Positions 17,316 to 27,604 of a stretch of DNA of 64,000 bases are shown piece after piece. Positions within the stretch are counted from its first letter, which is position 1. Each line of letters starts with the position of its first letter. Made by a program: the position numbers and the translations under genes. Source of the stretch: an uncultured Bdellovibrionales bacterium (GTDB lineage Bacteria; Patescibacteriota; Minisyncoccia; Moranbacterales; GWC2-37-73); contig CAZSTB010000005.1 of assembly GCA_964609855.1 (NCBI GenBank), positions 1,467 through 65,466 of the forward strand, written 5' to 3'. The notes under the pieces are model-generated. The model was not told the origin of the DNA. It saw only the letters and a program-made list of their open reading frames with translations, and ran no database searches.

Positions 17316-18224
17316 ATGAACAAAGAACTTACAAAAAAATTATCAGCCGGGCACGCGACATGCGCAGGCTGTGGAATTCCGGCAATTGTGCGCACAATCT
17401 TAGGTGCAACTGACGAGCCCGTGATCATTTCCAATGCAACTGGTTGCTTGGAGGTGACGACAACAATTTATCCCTCGACTGCCTGGAAAGTTCCTTATAT
17501 CCACAGCGTCTTTGGAAACGCCAGTGCAACAGCAGCTGGCATAGATGCTGCACAAAAAGCTTTAGAGAAAGCCGGCAAGATTTCCAAGAAAGCTAAAATT
17601 GTTGTTTTTGGAGGAGATGGCTCAACATATGATATCGGTTTGCAATCACTTTCTGGCGCACTCGAAAGAGGGCATGATTTTCTTTACGTTTGTTATGATA
17701 ATGGCGGCTACATGAACACTGGAGGACAAAGGTCTGGGGCAACCCCCTATGGCGCAACAACGGAAACGGCCCCTGCAGGATTGGAATCTTTTGGAAAAAC
17801 CCAACAGCGAAAAGACTTGATGGAGATCGTCAATGCCCATGGCATCAAATATTTAGCACAGGCTAATGTTGCGAATCTTGTTGATCTTAAACGTAAAGCT
17901 GAAAAAGCTTTTAATACTCCAGGTCCTTCATTTTTGTTGGTCTTGCAGCCGTGCACTCAAATTTGGAAATTTCCAACTTCGCAGTATGTTGCGATTGGAA
18001 AATTAGCTACGGAAACAAATTTCTGGCCATTGTATGAAATCGACAATGGAAAATATATTATAAATACTGTCCCAAAAGAAAGAAAGTCAATTGAAGAGTT
18101 TCTGAAAACCCAAGGACGCTTCAAGCATTTATTTGCTGAAAAAAATAAGGCCATAATTGAAGAAATTCAAAAAATGGTTGATAAAAATTGGGAAAAATTA
18201 TTGAGAAAAACTGAAATACAATAG
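17316..18224 (+). CDS. porB: Pyruvate:ferredoxin oxidoreductase beta subunit (TPP-binding).
   Basis: CAGCGIPAI and GGDG thiamine-diphosphate motifs. Confidence 0.85.
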   Translation: MNKELTKKLSAGHATCAGCGIPAIVRTILGATDEPVIISNATGCLEVTTTIYPSTAWKVPYIHSVFGNASATAAGIDAAQKALEKAGKISKKAKIVVFGGDGSTYDIGLQSLSGALERGHDFLYVCYDNGGYMNTGGQRSGATPYGATTETAPAGLESFGKTQQRKDLMEIVNAHGIKYLAQANVANLVDLKRKAEKAFNTPGPSFLLVLQPCTQIWKFPTSQYVAIGKLATETNFWPLYEIDNGKYIINTVPKERKSIEEFLKTQGRFKHLFAEKNKAIIEEIQKMVDKNWEKLLRKTEIQ

Positions 18225-18228
18225 TTTT

Positions 18229-18567
18229 ATGGTGGAAAAATTCCTAAACTTTACGAGATTTAAGCAGATTATTTACGTTACGATTTTTGAACTTATGATA
18301 TTGGGCGCTGTGAATTTATTTGCGCTTAGAGATGGATTGCTTAGTATTAAAGTTGTTAGTCTTCTCTATAGACCGATTTTTTCTTTGCCATCCCACCTTA
18401 ATTCTTTTCTGTTGGTGCCCTGCGATGGCGCAGGATGCGCTTTTCCAGATCTGACATTGCTTGGCACTATATACGCGATTATTTTGAGTGTGAGTATGGT
18501 AATAATTGTGGCATTTGGAATATGTTTATTGGTCGAAATGCTTGCCAGGCGTGCTAAAATTGGTTAA
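18229..18567 (+). CDS. Hypothetical membrane protein (112 aa).
   Basis: ORF with hydrophobic segments. No family recognised. Confidence 0.3.
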   Translation: MVEKFLNFTRFKQIIYVTIFELMILGAVNLFALRDGLLSIKVVSLLYRPIFSLPSHLNSFLLVPCDGAGCAFPDLTLLGTIYAIILSVSMVIIVAFGICLLVEMLARRAKIG

Positions 18568-18584
18568 TATATCATTTATGATAT

Positions 18585-18657
18585 GCCACCTTAGCTCAGT
18601 TGGTAGAGCGGCGCACTCGTAACGCGCAGGCCATCGGTTCAATCCCGGTAGGTGGCT
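18585..18657 (+). tRNA. tRNA-Thr (anticodon CGT); CCA not encoded.
   Basis: Cloverleaf: acceptor GCCACCT/AGGTGGC, D-arm TAGCTCAGTTGGTAGAGC, anticodon loop CTCGTAA, T-loop TTCAATC. One A-C mismatch at the base of the anticodon stem. Confidence 0.75.
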
Positions 18658-18664
18658 CAGTGTC

Positions 18665-18946
18665 TTGATTAGTTTCAAAATTATGGATTTTAAAGCTAGG
18701 AAAATAATTGCACTTTTTCTGACGATAACAAACGTTTTTCTGGCTGCTTTTCTTCATGGTTATGAATACGGATTAATCATGCTCGCAATGTCATTGATTG
18801 TGTTGGTGTTTTATATCTGGTTTAAGAATTTTTTTTCAACAGTAATTGGTGGCATATGTAGAAAAAGTCCAAATTTGCTTGAATTTATAGGCTTTGCTTT
18901 TTTGTTCATTTTTTTATTTTTTACATTGTTTGCCAAAAGTATTTAA
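18665..18946 (+). CDS. Hypothetical membrane protein (93 aa).
   Basis: ORF with two or three hydrophobic helices. Confidence 0.3.
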   Translation: MISFKIMDFKARKIIALFLTITNVFLAAFLHGYEYGLIMLAMSLIVLVFYIWFKNFFSTVIGGICRKSPNLLEFIGFAFLFIFLFFTLFAKSI

Positions 18947-18977
18947 TTGAATTTTATAAATTTATAATTTATAGCTT

Positions 18978-19496
18978 ATGAAAACTTTTATTTGTGAAAT
19001 TTGCGGGGATGCATATATTGGGGCAGAAAAACCGCATAATTGTCCATTTTGTGGAGCTAGATTGTCTTTCATTAAGGATGGCAATGTTGCTAAACCTGTG
19101 ATTGAGGTTAAAGATGAACTTTCTGATATCACTAAAAAGAATTTGGAAGAAACTTTGCAATTGGAAATTGATGCCAATGCGATTTATCTTTGCATGGCAG
19201 GCAAGAGTGATTCTTACGAGATCATGAAGATGTATAAACGTTTGGCAAAGGTTGAATTGGAACATGCAACTATCTGCACTAAGTTATTAGGAATACCAAT
19301 GCCTGAACTTAAGTCTGAGGTTTGCAGTGATGAGGATATTACAAATTTTCAAAAAACTTTGGAGTTGGAAGATCATGCGGCTGGGCTTTATGCGCGTTTT
19401 GCAAAAGAAGCAGTTGAAAAGCATGTTAAAATTATGTTTACCGCTTTAGCTCAAGTGGAAGCTGACCATATAATTCTGATTAAAAATTATTTATAA
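18978..19496 (+). CDS. Rubrerythrin-family protein with an N-terminal rubredoxin-like CxxC..CxxC domain ('reverse rubrerythrin' arrangement).
   Basis: CEICG...CPFCG zinc/iron ribbon followed by a ferritin-like four-helix region with E..H pairs. Confidence 0.55.
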   Translation: MKTFICEICGDAYIGAEKPHNCPFCGARLSFIKDGNVAKPVIEVKDELSDITKKNLEETLQLEIDANAIYLCMAGKSDSYEIMKMYKRLAKVELEHATICTKLLGIPMPELKSEVCSDEDITNFQKTLELEDHAAGLYARFAKEAVEKHVKIMFTALAQVEADHIILIKNYL

Positions 19497-19567
19497 GCGT
19501 ATCTTGTGTCTCGTATCTTGTATTTCATATGAATACAGGATGCTAAATACAAAATACTGAATACGAA

Positions 19568-20314
19568 ATGGAAGTTTGGATTTATACACTAGCTAGTGTC
19601 TTTCTAGTGAGTGCGGTTTCCTTGATTGGAATCGTTACAGTTTTTTTTGGTGAAAAAAAATTGAACAACGTCCTTCGTTTATTTGTCAGTTTTTCCGTGG
19701 GAGCTCTTCTGGGAGATGCTTTTATTCATCTTATTCCCGAGGCTTTTGAGGTAAGTAGTATCGCAGCATCATTTTCCATATTGACAGGTATGATTTCTTT
19801 TTTCATTTTGGAAAGGTTGATCCAGTGGCATCATTGTCATGAGGTCGGATGTGAAGAACATGGACACGCACTTCCATATGTAATCTTGACAGGCGATGGG
19901 CTGCATAATTTTATTGATGGCATAATAATCGGTGCTAGCTATATGGTCAGCATCCCTGTTGGAATTGCGACAACACTGGCTGTTATCTTTCATGAAATCC
20001 CGCAGGAAATCGGAGATTTTGGAACGCTTTTGTACGGAGGCTTTTCCAAGGCTAAGGCGTTGCTTTGGAATTTCCTGAGTGCGCTGACTTCCGTTGCTGG
20101 CGCTATCATGGTCTTGCTTGTTAGTTCTCAATTTGAATCGGTAACAAGCATACTTGTTCCATTTGCTGCTGGAGGATTTATCTACATCGCAACCGCTGAT
20201 ATGATCCCGGAACTCCATAAGCATAAGGTGCATAAATTTTCTGAAACTTTCAAGCAGGTTTTCTTCTTTATTTTGGGTATTGCAATTATGTATAGTTTAT
20301 TGTTTTTAGAATAA
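19568..20314 (+). CDS. zupT: ZIP-family divalent metal transporter (ZupT-like).
   Basis: HNFIDG and HEIPQEIGDF ZIP signatures. Eight TM segments. Confidence 0.8.
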   Translation: MEVWIYTLASVFLVSAVSLIGIVTVFFGEKKLNNVLRLFVSFSVGALLGDAFIHLIPEAFEVSSIAASFSILTGMISFFILERLIQWHHCHEVGCEEHGHALPYVILTGDGLHNFIDGIIIGASYMVSIPVGIATTLAVIFHEIPQEIGDFGTLLYGGFSKAKALLWNFLSALTSVAGAIMVLLVSSQFESVTSILVPFAAGGFIYIATADMIPELHKHKVHKFSETFKQVFFFILGIAIMYSLLFLE

Positions 20315-20322
20315 GATTAAAT

Positions 20323-21421
20323 ATGAAAGAAATTATTGAAAAACTTGAAGTGCTAAAAGCTAAACTCCCGCTCCTGCGGGACTATCTTTGACGTTGTAAG
20401 AAAGACGAGGAGAATTTCTGAACTCGAAGTAGCAGTTTCAGAGACTGGGTTTTGGAACGATCCACAACAGGCCGCAAAAGTTTCCAAGGAATTGGAATTT
20501 TTGAAAAATGAAATCCTCGCCATTGAAGAGGCTGAAGTGAAACTTAACGAGCTCCTTGAACTTTCAAGCATGTACGATTCCTTTTCTGATGTTGAACAAG
20601 CAGAAATTCGTAAGCAAATTGAAGAAGTCCAAAAAGAAATTGAGGCATTGGAATTTAAATCACTTCTTGGCGGAGAATATGATAAGAACGATGTAATTTT
20701 AGCGATTCGTGCTGGAGCAGGCGGCGTAGATGCGCAGGATTGGGCGATGATGTTGGAGCGTATGTTTTTAAGGTGGGCAGAAAAAAATAATTTCCAAACT
20801 AGGATATTGGATGAAACTCGCGGAGGCGAAGCTGGAATTAAGAGTGCGACAATTGAAATTTCTGGTTTTTATGCTTACGGATATCTCCAAAGTGAGGCAG
20901 GTGTTCATCGACTTGTTAGACTTTCGCCATTTAATGCTGATAACTTAAGGCAGACTTCTTTTGCGATTGCAGAAGTTCTGCCAATAATTGAAGAAATTGC
21001 CCAAGTGCATATTCAGCCGCAGGACTTAGTTATTGATACCTATCGGGCATCCGGAGCTGGTGGCCAACACGTTAATACTACCGACAGCGCAGTTCGTATC
21101 ACGCACGTTCCCACAGGTATTGTCGTTACCTGCCAAAGCGAACGTTCACAGCTTCAAAACAAGGAGCAAGCAATGAAAGTTCTCAAAGCGCGTATTCATC
21201 AGCGTTACCTGGAAGAGCAGGAGGCGGAAAAACAAAAATTGCGGGGTGAATATAAGAGCGCTGACTGGGGAAATCAGATCAGGTCTTACGTGCTTCATCC
21301 ATATAAGATGGTTAAGGATCATCGTACAAAACATGAAACAAGCGATGCGGAGAAAGTTTTGGATGGCGATTTGAACGAATTTATGGAGAGTTATTTGCGC
21401 TGGCAAGCTAATGAAAAATAG
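20323..21421 (+). CDS. prfB: Peptide chain release factor 2, requiring a programmed +1 ribosomal frameshift at CTT TGA C (20386-20392). ORF0 is 20323-20391; the +1 frame continues from 20390 to 21421.
   Basis: ORF0 is MKEIIEKLEVLKAKLPLLRDYL*. The +1 frame continues DVVRKTRRISELE... through SPF and GGQ motifs. The classic RF2 autoregulatory site CUU UGA C is present. Confidence 0.9.
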
Positions 21422-21602
21422 TGTATAATATGAAAGTAAAAAAGTTTTTCTAGAAATCGTTTTGGTTTACTATATTTGCTGTAAATTATCATTTCACTGA
21501 AGACACCTTTTGGATATTCATTCAAATTTCATTCATGCGAATTAAAAAATCCTGAAAATAAATTTCCGCATTAGCGGCAGGAAAATAAAGAAAAATAAAA
21601 AT

Positions 21603-22289
21603 ATGACAATGCTTAAATTTGAAAATGTTTCAAAAATATATCCAGGTAACTTCATGGCGCTGGAGGATGTTAATCTTACTATTGAACAAGGCGAATTCTT
21701 ATCAGTTGTAGGTCATAGTGGAAGTGGAAAATCAACACTCTTGAAACTGATCTACGCAGAAGAGCGAGCTACGAGCGGCCATGTTTATTTCAATGAAAAG
21801 CCTCTCGATTCTATTAAAATAAAGCATCTTCCATATTACCGACGCAATATAGGGACAGTTTTTCAAGATTTTAAGCTACTTCCGCAAAAAACCGCCTATG
21901 AGAACGTTGCTTACGCGCTTGAAGTCGGAGATGAGCTTATCGAAGAAATTGATGAGCGCGTACCAGAGATTCTAGATATTGTCGGAATGCTTGATAAAGC
22001 TGGAAAGTTTCCGCGTCAATTGTCTGGCGGTGAGCAACAAAAAATTTGTCTCGCCCGAGCTTTAGTGCGAAGACCTCTGATGATTATCGCAGATGAACCT
22101 ACGGGAAATCTTGATCCTGTTGCGACATGGGAAATAATCCAATTGCTATTGAAAATAAACAGTATGGGAACAACTGTTGTTTTGGCTACGCATAATAAGG
22201 ATATCGTTGACAAACTTAATCGCCGCGTGCTTGCCCTGGAAAATGGTAAATTGATTCGGGATATTAAGAAAGGGCGATATGCCATTTAA
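21603..22289 (+). CDS. ftsE: Cell-division ABC transporter ATP-binding protein.
   Basis: Walker A GHSGSGKST, ABC signature LSGGEQQ, Walker B IIADEPT. Followed by ftsX. Confidence 0.85.
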   Translation: MTMLKFENVSKIYPGNFMALEDVNLTIEQGEFLSVVGHSGSGKSTLLKLIYAEERATSGHVYFNEKPLDSIKIKHLPYYRRNIGTVFQDFKLLPQKTAYENVAYALEVGDELIEEIDERVPEILDIVGMLDKAGKFPRQLSGGEQQKICLARALVRRPLMIIADEPTGNLDPVATWEIIQLLLKINSMGTTVVLATHNKDIVDKLNRRVLALENGKLIRDIKKGRYAI

Positions 22290-22341
22290 ATTCATTCATG
22301 TTGAAACTTTAAGATTTTCAAATTCAAAATAGAACAAAAAA

Positions 22342-23253
22342 ATGAAAATTCCAAAACTAAAAAGAACATTTAAAGAAGGAATTCATAACGTCTATCGTAA
22401 CGGCTGGCTTAGCTTTGCTACTGTGAGTGTTTTAGCGATCTCGCTTTATGTCATCAGCATCACTGTTATTCTAGGAGTAACCGCAAACATTGTTCTCAAC
22501 AATATTCAAGATAAGATCAATGTCAGTGTTTATTTCAATCCGGATGTTGAAGAGGATAGCATTCTGGAAATTAAAAGTAAGTTGATCGGGTTTCAAGAAA
22601 TCAAATCCATAGACTTCGTTTCTAAAGAAAAGGCACTGGAGCAGTTTATGAAAATTGGAGAAAAAAATCCTTCAATTTCGCAGGCACTGGAGGAAATCGG
22701 AGAAAATCCATTGCTTTCCGCATTGGTAATAAGAGCCAAGGATCCTACGCAATATGATGTCATTACAAAAGCCATAGGTTCTTCCAGTTTTGCGTCAGAT
22801 ATTAGCCGCATAGATTATGAAGAAAATAAAGCGGCAATTGAGCGCTTATCAAATATAATGAAGCTTGTACAGCAAGTCGGGCTCACATTGGGAATAGTTT
22901 TTGTTTTCATCGGTGTGTTGATAACTTTCAATGCAATACGTCTGACGATGTATGCACACAAGCAAGAATTTGAAATCATGCGCCTGGTTGGAGCATCGAA
23001 CATTTATATCCGCATGCCGTTTGTTTTTGAAGGAATTTTTTATGGAGCAACATCTGCAATTATTGTGATGATCGGTTTGTTTATTACTTCCAAGTTCCTA
23101 GCACCCTTAACAGCAGGTAGTATTTCCGGCGGAGATATCGTTTCTTTTTATTTTTCAAACTTCCTTGTTATTTTCGGAGGATTACTTTTCTCGGGAATAT
23201 TTCTGGGTACACTTAGTGCTATAATCGCAATTAGGCGTTATCTTAAGATATAA
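22342..23253 (+). CDS. ftsX: Cell-division ABC transporter permease.
   Basis: FtsX topology: N-terminal TM, periplasmic domain, three C-terminal TMs. Follows ftsE. Confidence 0.8.
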   Translation: MKIPKLKRTFKEGIHNVYRNGWLSFATVSVLAISLYVISITVILGVTANIVLNNIQDKINVSVYFNPDVEEDSILEIKSKLIGFQEIKSIDFVSKEKALEQFMKIGEKNPSISQALEEIGENPLLSALVIRAKDPTQYDVITKAIGSSSFASDISRIDYEENKAAIERLSNIMKLVQQVGLTLGIVFVFIGVLITFNAIRLTMYAHKQEFEIMRLVGASNIYIRMPFVFEGIFYGATSAIIVMIGLFITSKFLAPLTAGSISGGDIVSFYFSNFLVIFGGLLFSGIFLGTLSAIIAIRRYLKI

Positions 23254-23259
23254 AGTTTC

Positions 23260-24528
23260 ATGAATAAGAATAATATCGCATGTCCAAATTGCGGAACAGA
23301 GATCTCTATCGATCAGGTTTTAACGCAGCAAATTGAATCTCAGCTGAAGAAATCTTATGAACTTAAGCAACAAGAATCACAAAAAATGCTCTTGCAGAAG
23401 CAAGAGGAGCTTTTGCTGAAAGAGCAGCAAGTTGATCAAATTGTTGCACAAAAGCTTTCTTCCGAAAAAACATTCTTATTGGATAAAGTTCGCGAAGACG
23501 TGCAAAAAGAAAAAATTCAGGAGATATCTTTTTTAGAGAAACAGCTGCAGGAAAAAAATGACAAACTTACCGAGGCTAGAAACGCGGAATTGGAAATCAG
23601 AAAGGAAAAAATGCAGCTTGAAGAGGATAAACGCTCCTTTGAAATAAAAATGCAGCAACAATTGGATGCGGAGAGGGTAAAGATTGTCGAAGATGTTAAA
23701 AGACAAGCGACCGAGGAGCAGCAATATAAGGTTGCTGAGTTAAATAAGCAGTTGAGTGATGCAATGAAAGTTAATGATGAGATGCGTCGTAAGCTCGAAC
23801 AAGGCTCCCAACAGACACAGGGAGAGGTTTTAGAATTAGAGATAGAAGAACTGCTTCGCAGAGAATTTCCCTTGGATGAAATTGCTCCAGTGGGAAAGGG
23901 GGTTAATGGTGCGGATATAATTCAGCGAGTTCATGATCGCTCAGGCAGACAAAGCGGACAGATTATTTGGGAATTGAAGCGCACTAAAACCTGGAGTGAG
24001 GGCTGGATTCAGAAACTTAAAGATGATCAGAGAATTGCCAAGGCTGATATTGCCGTGTTGATTTCAATTTCGATGCCTGATGGTGTTAAGTCTTTCCAGC
24101 AAAGAAACGGTGTCTGGGTCACTAATTTGAATTCGTTTCTGGGTCTAGCAAGTGCTCTGCGTATGAGTTTGCTGCAAGTTGCATCAATAAAATCGGCATC
24201 TGTTGGCAAAAATGAGAAAATGGAAGTTTTGTATGATTATTTATCCGGCATTGAATTCAAGCAAAAAATTGAAGGTATAGTGGAAGCTTTTGTTGGTATG
24301 AAAGAGGAATTGGAAAAGGAAAAACGCGCATACCAAAAGATCTGGGCACACAGAGAAAAACAAATTCAAAGAGTGGTGGATAATACGGTTGGTATGTACG
24401 GGGACCTCGGGGGACTTATGGGAAAAGCTCTTCCTCAAATAAAGCTTTTAGAAATTACTGATGGAGATGCATTGGAGATTTCAGCTGGCAGCGAAATCGA
24501 GGAAGATCGAACTGCAAGGCTGCTGTAA
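23260..24528 (+). CDS. DUF2130-like protein: N-terminal zinc ribbon, long coiled coil, C-terminal restriction-endonuclease-like domain.
   Basis: CPNCGTEI ribbon. EQ/K-rich heptad region. Conserved C-terminal region. Confidence 0.5.
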   Translation: MNKNNIACPNCGTEISIDQVLTQQIESQLKKSYELKQQESQKMLLQKQEELLLKEQQVDQIVAQKLSSEKTFLLDKVREDVQKEKIQEISFLEKQLQEKNDKLTEARNAELEIRKEKMQLEEDKRSFEIKMQQQLDAERVKIVEDVKRQATEEQQYKVAELNKQLSDAMKVNDEMRRKLEQGSQQTQGEVLELEIEELLRREFPLDEIAPVGKGVNGADIIQRVHDRSGRQSGQIIWELKRTKTWSEGWIQKLKDDQRIAKADIAVLISISMPDGVKSFQQRNGVWVTNLNSFLGLASALRMSLLQVASIKSASVGKNEKMEVLYDYLSGIEFKQKIEGIVEAFVGMKEELEKEKRAYQKIWAHREKQIQRVVDNTVGMYGDLGGLMGKALPQIKLLEITDGDALEISAGSEIEEDRTARLL

Positions 24529-24652
24529 TTAATTCATATTCGATTTAAGTGCTTTCGCTTTTTTGTAAAAAGATGTACAATGAATATATTATAATATTGC
24601 AATAAATAAAAAGACTTCATTTGCATGCTCGCAGAAAATAAAAAATAAAAAT

Positions 24653-25168
24653 ATGAACACCAAAAAGAAAACCTTAAAAAAAGTGGAGGCACCAAAGAAA
24701 AAAGCAGTTAAAAAGCCTGTGAAAACTTTGGCGATTATGAAGGGGACGAAAAAAGCTGAAAAAAAAGCTTCGGTAATCATTGTAAAAAAAACAGCAAGAA
24801 AAGCAGCAGTTAAAAAAACCAAGACAGTGGCTGCCTCAAAATTTTCACACAAAGAAGAGAAATGTTGTCTCAATCGAGAACCGGCGATTAAGCGATTTTT
24901 TTACATGACACTTGCAATTATAATCGGCCTACTTTTAGGAATAGCTGTCAATCTTTTTGTAGAATTAGCGTATTTGCAGCAAAAGATGATAGACGGCGAA
25001 GCGGTCAGGGTATACACATTGTTTGGAATGAACAGTTATCTGCCCATTGTTTCTCAGATATTTTTCTTACTTTCCGGCTTAATTTTTGGAGTTTGGCTTG
25101 GGATGTGGGGATGGCGGATGGTGTACATTGAACGTAGACACAGAATGTTCAAACATTGCTGCAAATAA
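24653..25168 (+). CDS. Hypothetical protein: lysine/alanine-rich histone-H1-like N-terminus fused to a 2-TM membrane anchor.
   Basis: About 70 aa of KKxxKKAxKK repeats followed by two hydrophobic helices. Confidence 0.5.
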   Translation: MNTKKKTLKKVEAPKKKAVKKPVKTLAIMKGTKKAEKKASVIIVKKTARKAAVKKTKTVAASKFSHKEEKCCLNREPAIKRFFYMTLAIIIGLLLGIAVNLFVELAYLQQKMIDGEAVRVYTLFGMNSYLPIVSQIFFLLSGLIFGVWLGMWGWRMVYIERRHRMFKHCCK

Positions 25169-25295
25169 AAGGTATTAACCCCGGGGCAAGCCCTGACCCT
25201 CGCATGTAACGAGATACCTGCCTGCCCTGTCTACCGATAGGCAGGCGGTAGGTAGTAAAACGAAAATTCATTTTCGCTTCGCTTGATAATAAAAA
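25167..25295 (+). repeat. Composite intergenic repeat R2 (+ orientation): module A, module C (tacctgcctgccctgtctaccgataggcaggcggtagg), module B.
   Basis: Ends match R1 and R3. The middle matches the reverse complement of 28700-28760. Confidence 0.8.
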
Positions 25296-25302
25296 TCACC
25301 AA

Positions 25303-25328
25303 CAGCTCCTAGTGAGCTGTTTTTTTTG
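25303..25328 (+). terminator. Rho-independent terminator.
   Basis: cagctc-ctagt-gagctg followed by T9. Confidence 0.8.
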
Positions 25329-25389
25329 TTTCTATTTTTTTGTTTTTACGCTAAGATAAATTAATGAACAGAATTAATGATAAAAAAAG

Positions 25390-27051
25390 ATGACTAAGAA
25401 AAACAAGTTAATATTGGAAAAGGAGCTTGAGAAATATTTTTCTTTTTCAAAATTTCGTCCAGGACAAAAAGAGATTATAGAAAGTATTATCGCAGGTAAG
25501 GATGTTGTAGCTCTGATGCCAACCGGCGGAGGAAAATCCCTCTGTTTTCAATTCCCGGCTATCTTGTCGGGCGGTATTTCAATTGTTATTTCGCCGCTTA
25601 TCGCGTTAATGCAAGATCAGGTCGATGCCTTGAACGCCAGGGGTATTGCGGCTGTCTATATTAATAGTGCACTTACTAGTGAGGAAATTTCGCAACATTT
25701 TCGCGATATACAGGCGGGAAAAATTAAAATAATTTACGTGGCTCCCGAGCGATTTGGCAATAGGGAATTTCAAGATATTTTTTCGAACTTGGAAGTGTAT
25801 CTGCTTGCAGTGGATGAGGCGCACTGTGTTTCACAATGGGGGCATGATTTTCGTCCAGATTATTTGGCAGTCAAGGATTACATAGCCATGCTCAAGAAGC
25901 GTCCCATTGTGGCTGCTTTTACAGCAACAGCAACTCCTGAGGTTAAAGACGATATTATCGAACGTCTTGCGTTGATTGAACCGGATGTTTTTGTGCGAGG
26001 ATTTGATCGACCCAATCTCAAATTTTTTGTGCGTGAGAATTTAAAGAAGAGAGAGCGCTCTGCAGAGGCGCTGAGAATAGTCAAATCTATCCCGGGATCG
26101 GGAATTATTTATGCGATAACCAGAAAGGAAACAGAGGAATTGGTAAGATTTTTTGGAGCAAACGGAATTGAAGCCGCTGCTTATCATGCTGGTATGCCCG
26201 CGATGAAACGCAGTAAGATCCAAAATGATTTCATGGAAAATAGATTCAAGGTTATTGTAGCGACGATAGCATTCGGGATGGGTGTCGATAAAGCTGATAT
26301 TCGTTTCGTGATTCATGTGGGCATGCCTTCAAGCCCAGAGGGTTATTATCAAGAGGCTGGAAGAGCTGGTCGCGATGGGGAACAGGCTTATTGCATTTTG
26401 CTGCACAGTAAGGCTGATGCAAGTCTGCATCATTATTTTATCATGGCGAACAAGGGAGAGATGTTTTCCCATGGTAAGGATTTAGCGCAAGCGCGCCAGG
26501 TTTTGAATATTAAATATTCAAGATTGGATAAAATGAAAGAGTACGTGAATTTGAAATCATGCCGCAGACTTTTATTATTGAAGTATTTTGGCGATCCAGT
26601 GGCTGCGACGCATAGTGGAAATTGTAATGGCTGCGACATCTGCCTGGATTATAAGTGGGAAAAATCAGAAAAAACTGAGGAAGAAATAAAAGCTGCTGGA
26701 GGCAAGGTAAAAAAAGTGAAAAAAACTAAAGCTGAATTAGGTGGCACGATCCTGGAAAGCGTGAAACTTTATCAGCAAGAACTTTCTGTAGAAAAAATCG
26801 CAAAAATTAGAAGTCTCGGAGTCAGCACGGTTTATAATCATCTTACACAATGGTATTTGGCTGGGGGAGAATTAGTTGTTGCTGACTTTGTTTCGAGTGT
26901 AGATGAGAAACTCATCAATGATGTTCTGGATAATTCAACTGGCTTTCAGGGATTGAAAATGATAAAAGAAAAGCTGGGTGAAAACATCAGCTATGAGCAG
27001 ATAAGGCTAGTTTTTGCTAAAAGGCAACGAGAAAAATCAAAGAAGTCATAA
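25390..27051 (+). CDS. recQ: ATP-dependent DNA helicase RecQ.
   Basis: DEAH box (LLAVDEAHCVSQWGHDFRP), zinc-binding CxxC cluster, RecQ C-terminal region. Confidence 0.85.
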   Translation: MTKKNKLILEKELEKYFSFSKFRPGQKEIIESIIAGKDVVALMPTGGGKSLCFQFPAILSGGISIVISPLIALMQDQVDALNARGIAAVYINSALTSEEISQHFRDIQAGKIKIIYVAPERFGNREFQDIFSNLEVYLLAVDEAHCVSQWGHDFRPDYLAVKDYIAMLKKRPIVAAFTATATPEVKDDIIERLALIEPDVFVRGFDRPNLKFFVRENLKKRERSAEALRIVKSIPGSGIIYAITRKETEELVRFFGANGIEAAAYHAGMPAMKRSKIQNDFMENRFKVIVATIAFGMGVDKADIRFVIHVGMPSSPEGYYQEAGRAGRDGEQAYCILLHSKADASLHHYFIMANKGEMFSHGKDLAQARQVLNIKYSRLDKMKEYVNLKSCRRLLLLKYFGDPVAATHSGNCNGCDICLDYKWEKSEKTEEEIKAAGGKVKKVKKTKAELGGTILESVKLYQQELSVEKIAKIRSLGVSTVYNHLTQWYLAGGELVVADFVSSVDEKLINDVLDNSTGFQGLKMIKEKLGENISYEQIRLVFAKRQREKSKKS

Positions 27052-27073
27052 ATATTTATAAATTTGATAAAAT

Positions 27074-27604
27074 ATGGCTAAATTTAATAATACCAAACAA
27101 ATTAAATTAATGAAGCCGTCCCTATTATTTAGTGAAAGCTTTATTGAGGCAATAGTTGAGTTTCAAGGGGAGAATAGGGAGCTTGATCTCGACACCGCTC
27201 AACTTAAGGAGAATTTTCGCGAGTATCTACAAAAAATTAAAACTGAAGAAGATGGCCTGAGCTTTCCTGCTGGATATGTTCCAGCATCAACTTTCTGGCT
27301 TATTGGTGGGGAGCAATTCATCGGTAAAGTTTCCATCCGACATAGACTGAATGAAACATTGATTCAGATGGGCGGCCATATCAGTTATCAGGTACGTCCA
27401 AGTAAGAGAAAACTGGGTTATGGAAGTATCGCGCTGGCTCTCGCTTTGCCAATGGCTAAAAAGCTTGGTTTGGATAAAGTTTTAATAACCTGCAGCGACG
27501 ACAATGTGGGTTCTTGGAAGATAATTGAAAAAAATGGTGGAATCCTGGAAAATAAAATTATATTTAACGATATTTTGAAAAGAAGATACTGGATCAGTTT
27601 ATAA
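27074..27604 (+). CDS. GNAT-family N-acetyltransferase (putative).
   Basis: RKLGYGSIALALAL acetyl-CoA binding-like motif and overall GNAT pattern. Confidence 0.5.
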   Translation: MAKFNNTKQIKLMKPSLLFSESFIEAIVEFQGENRELDLDTAQLKENFREYLQKIKTEEDGLSFPAGYVPASTFWLIGGEQFIGKVSIRHRLNETLIQMGGHISYQVRPSKRKLGYGSIALALALPMAKKLGLDKVLITCSDDNVGSWKIIEKNGGILENKIIFNDILKRRYWISL

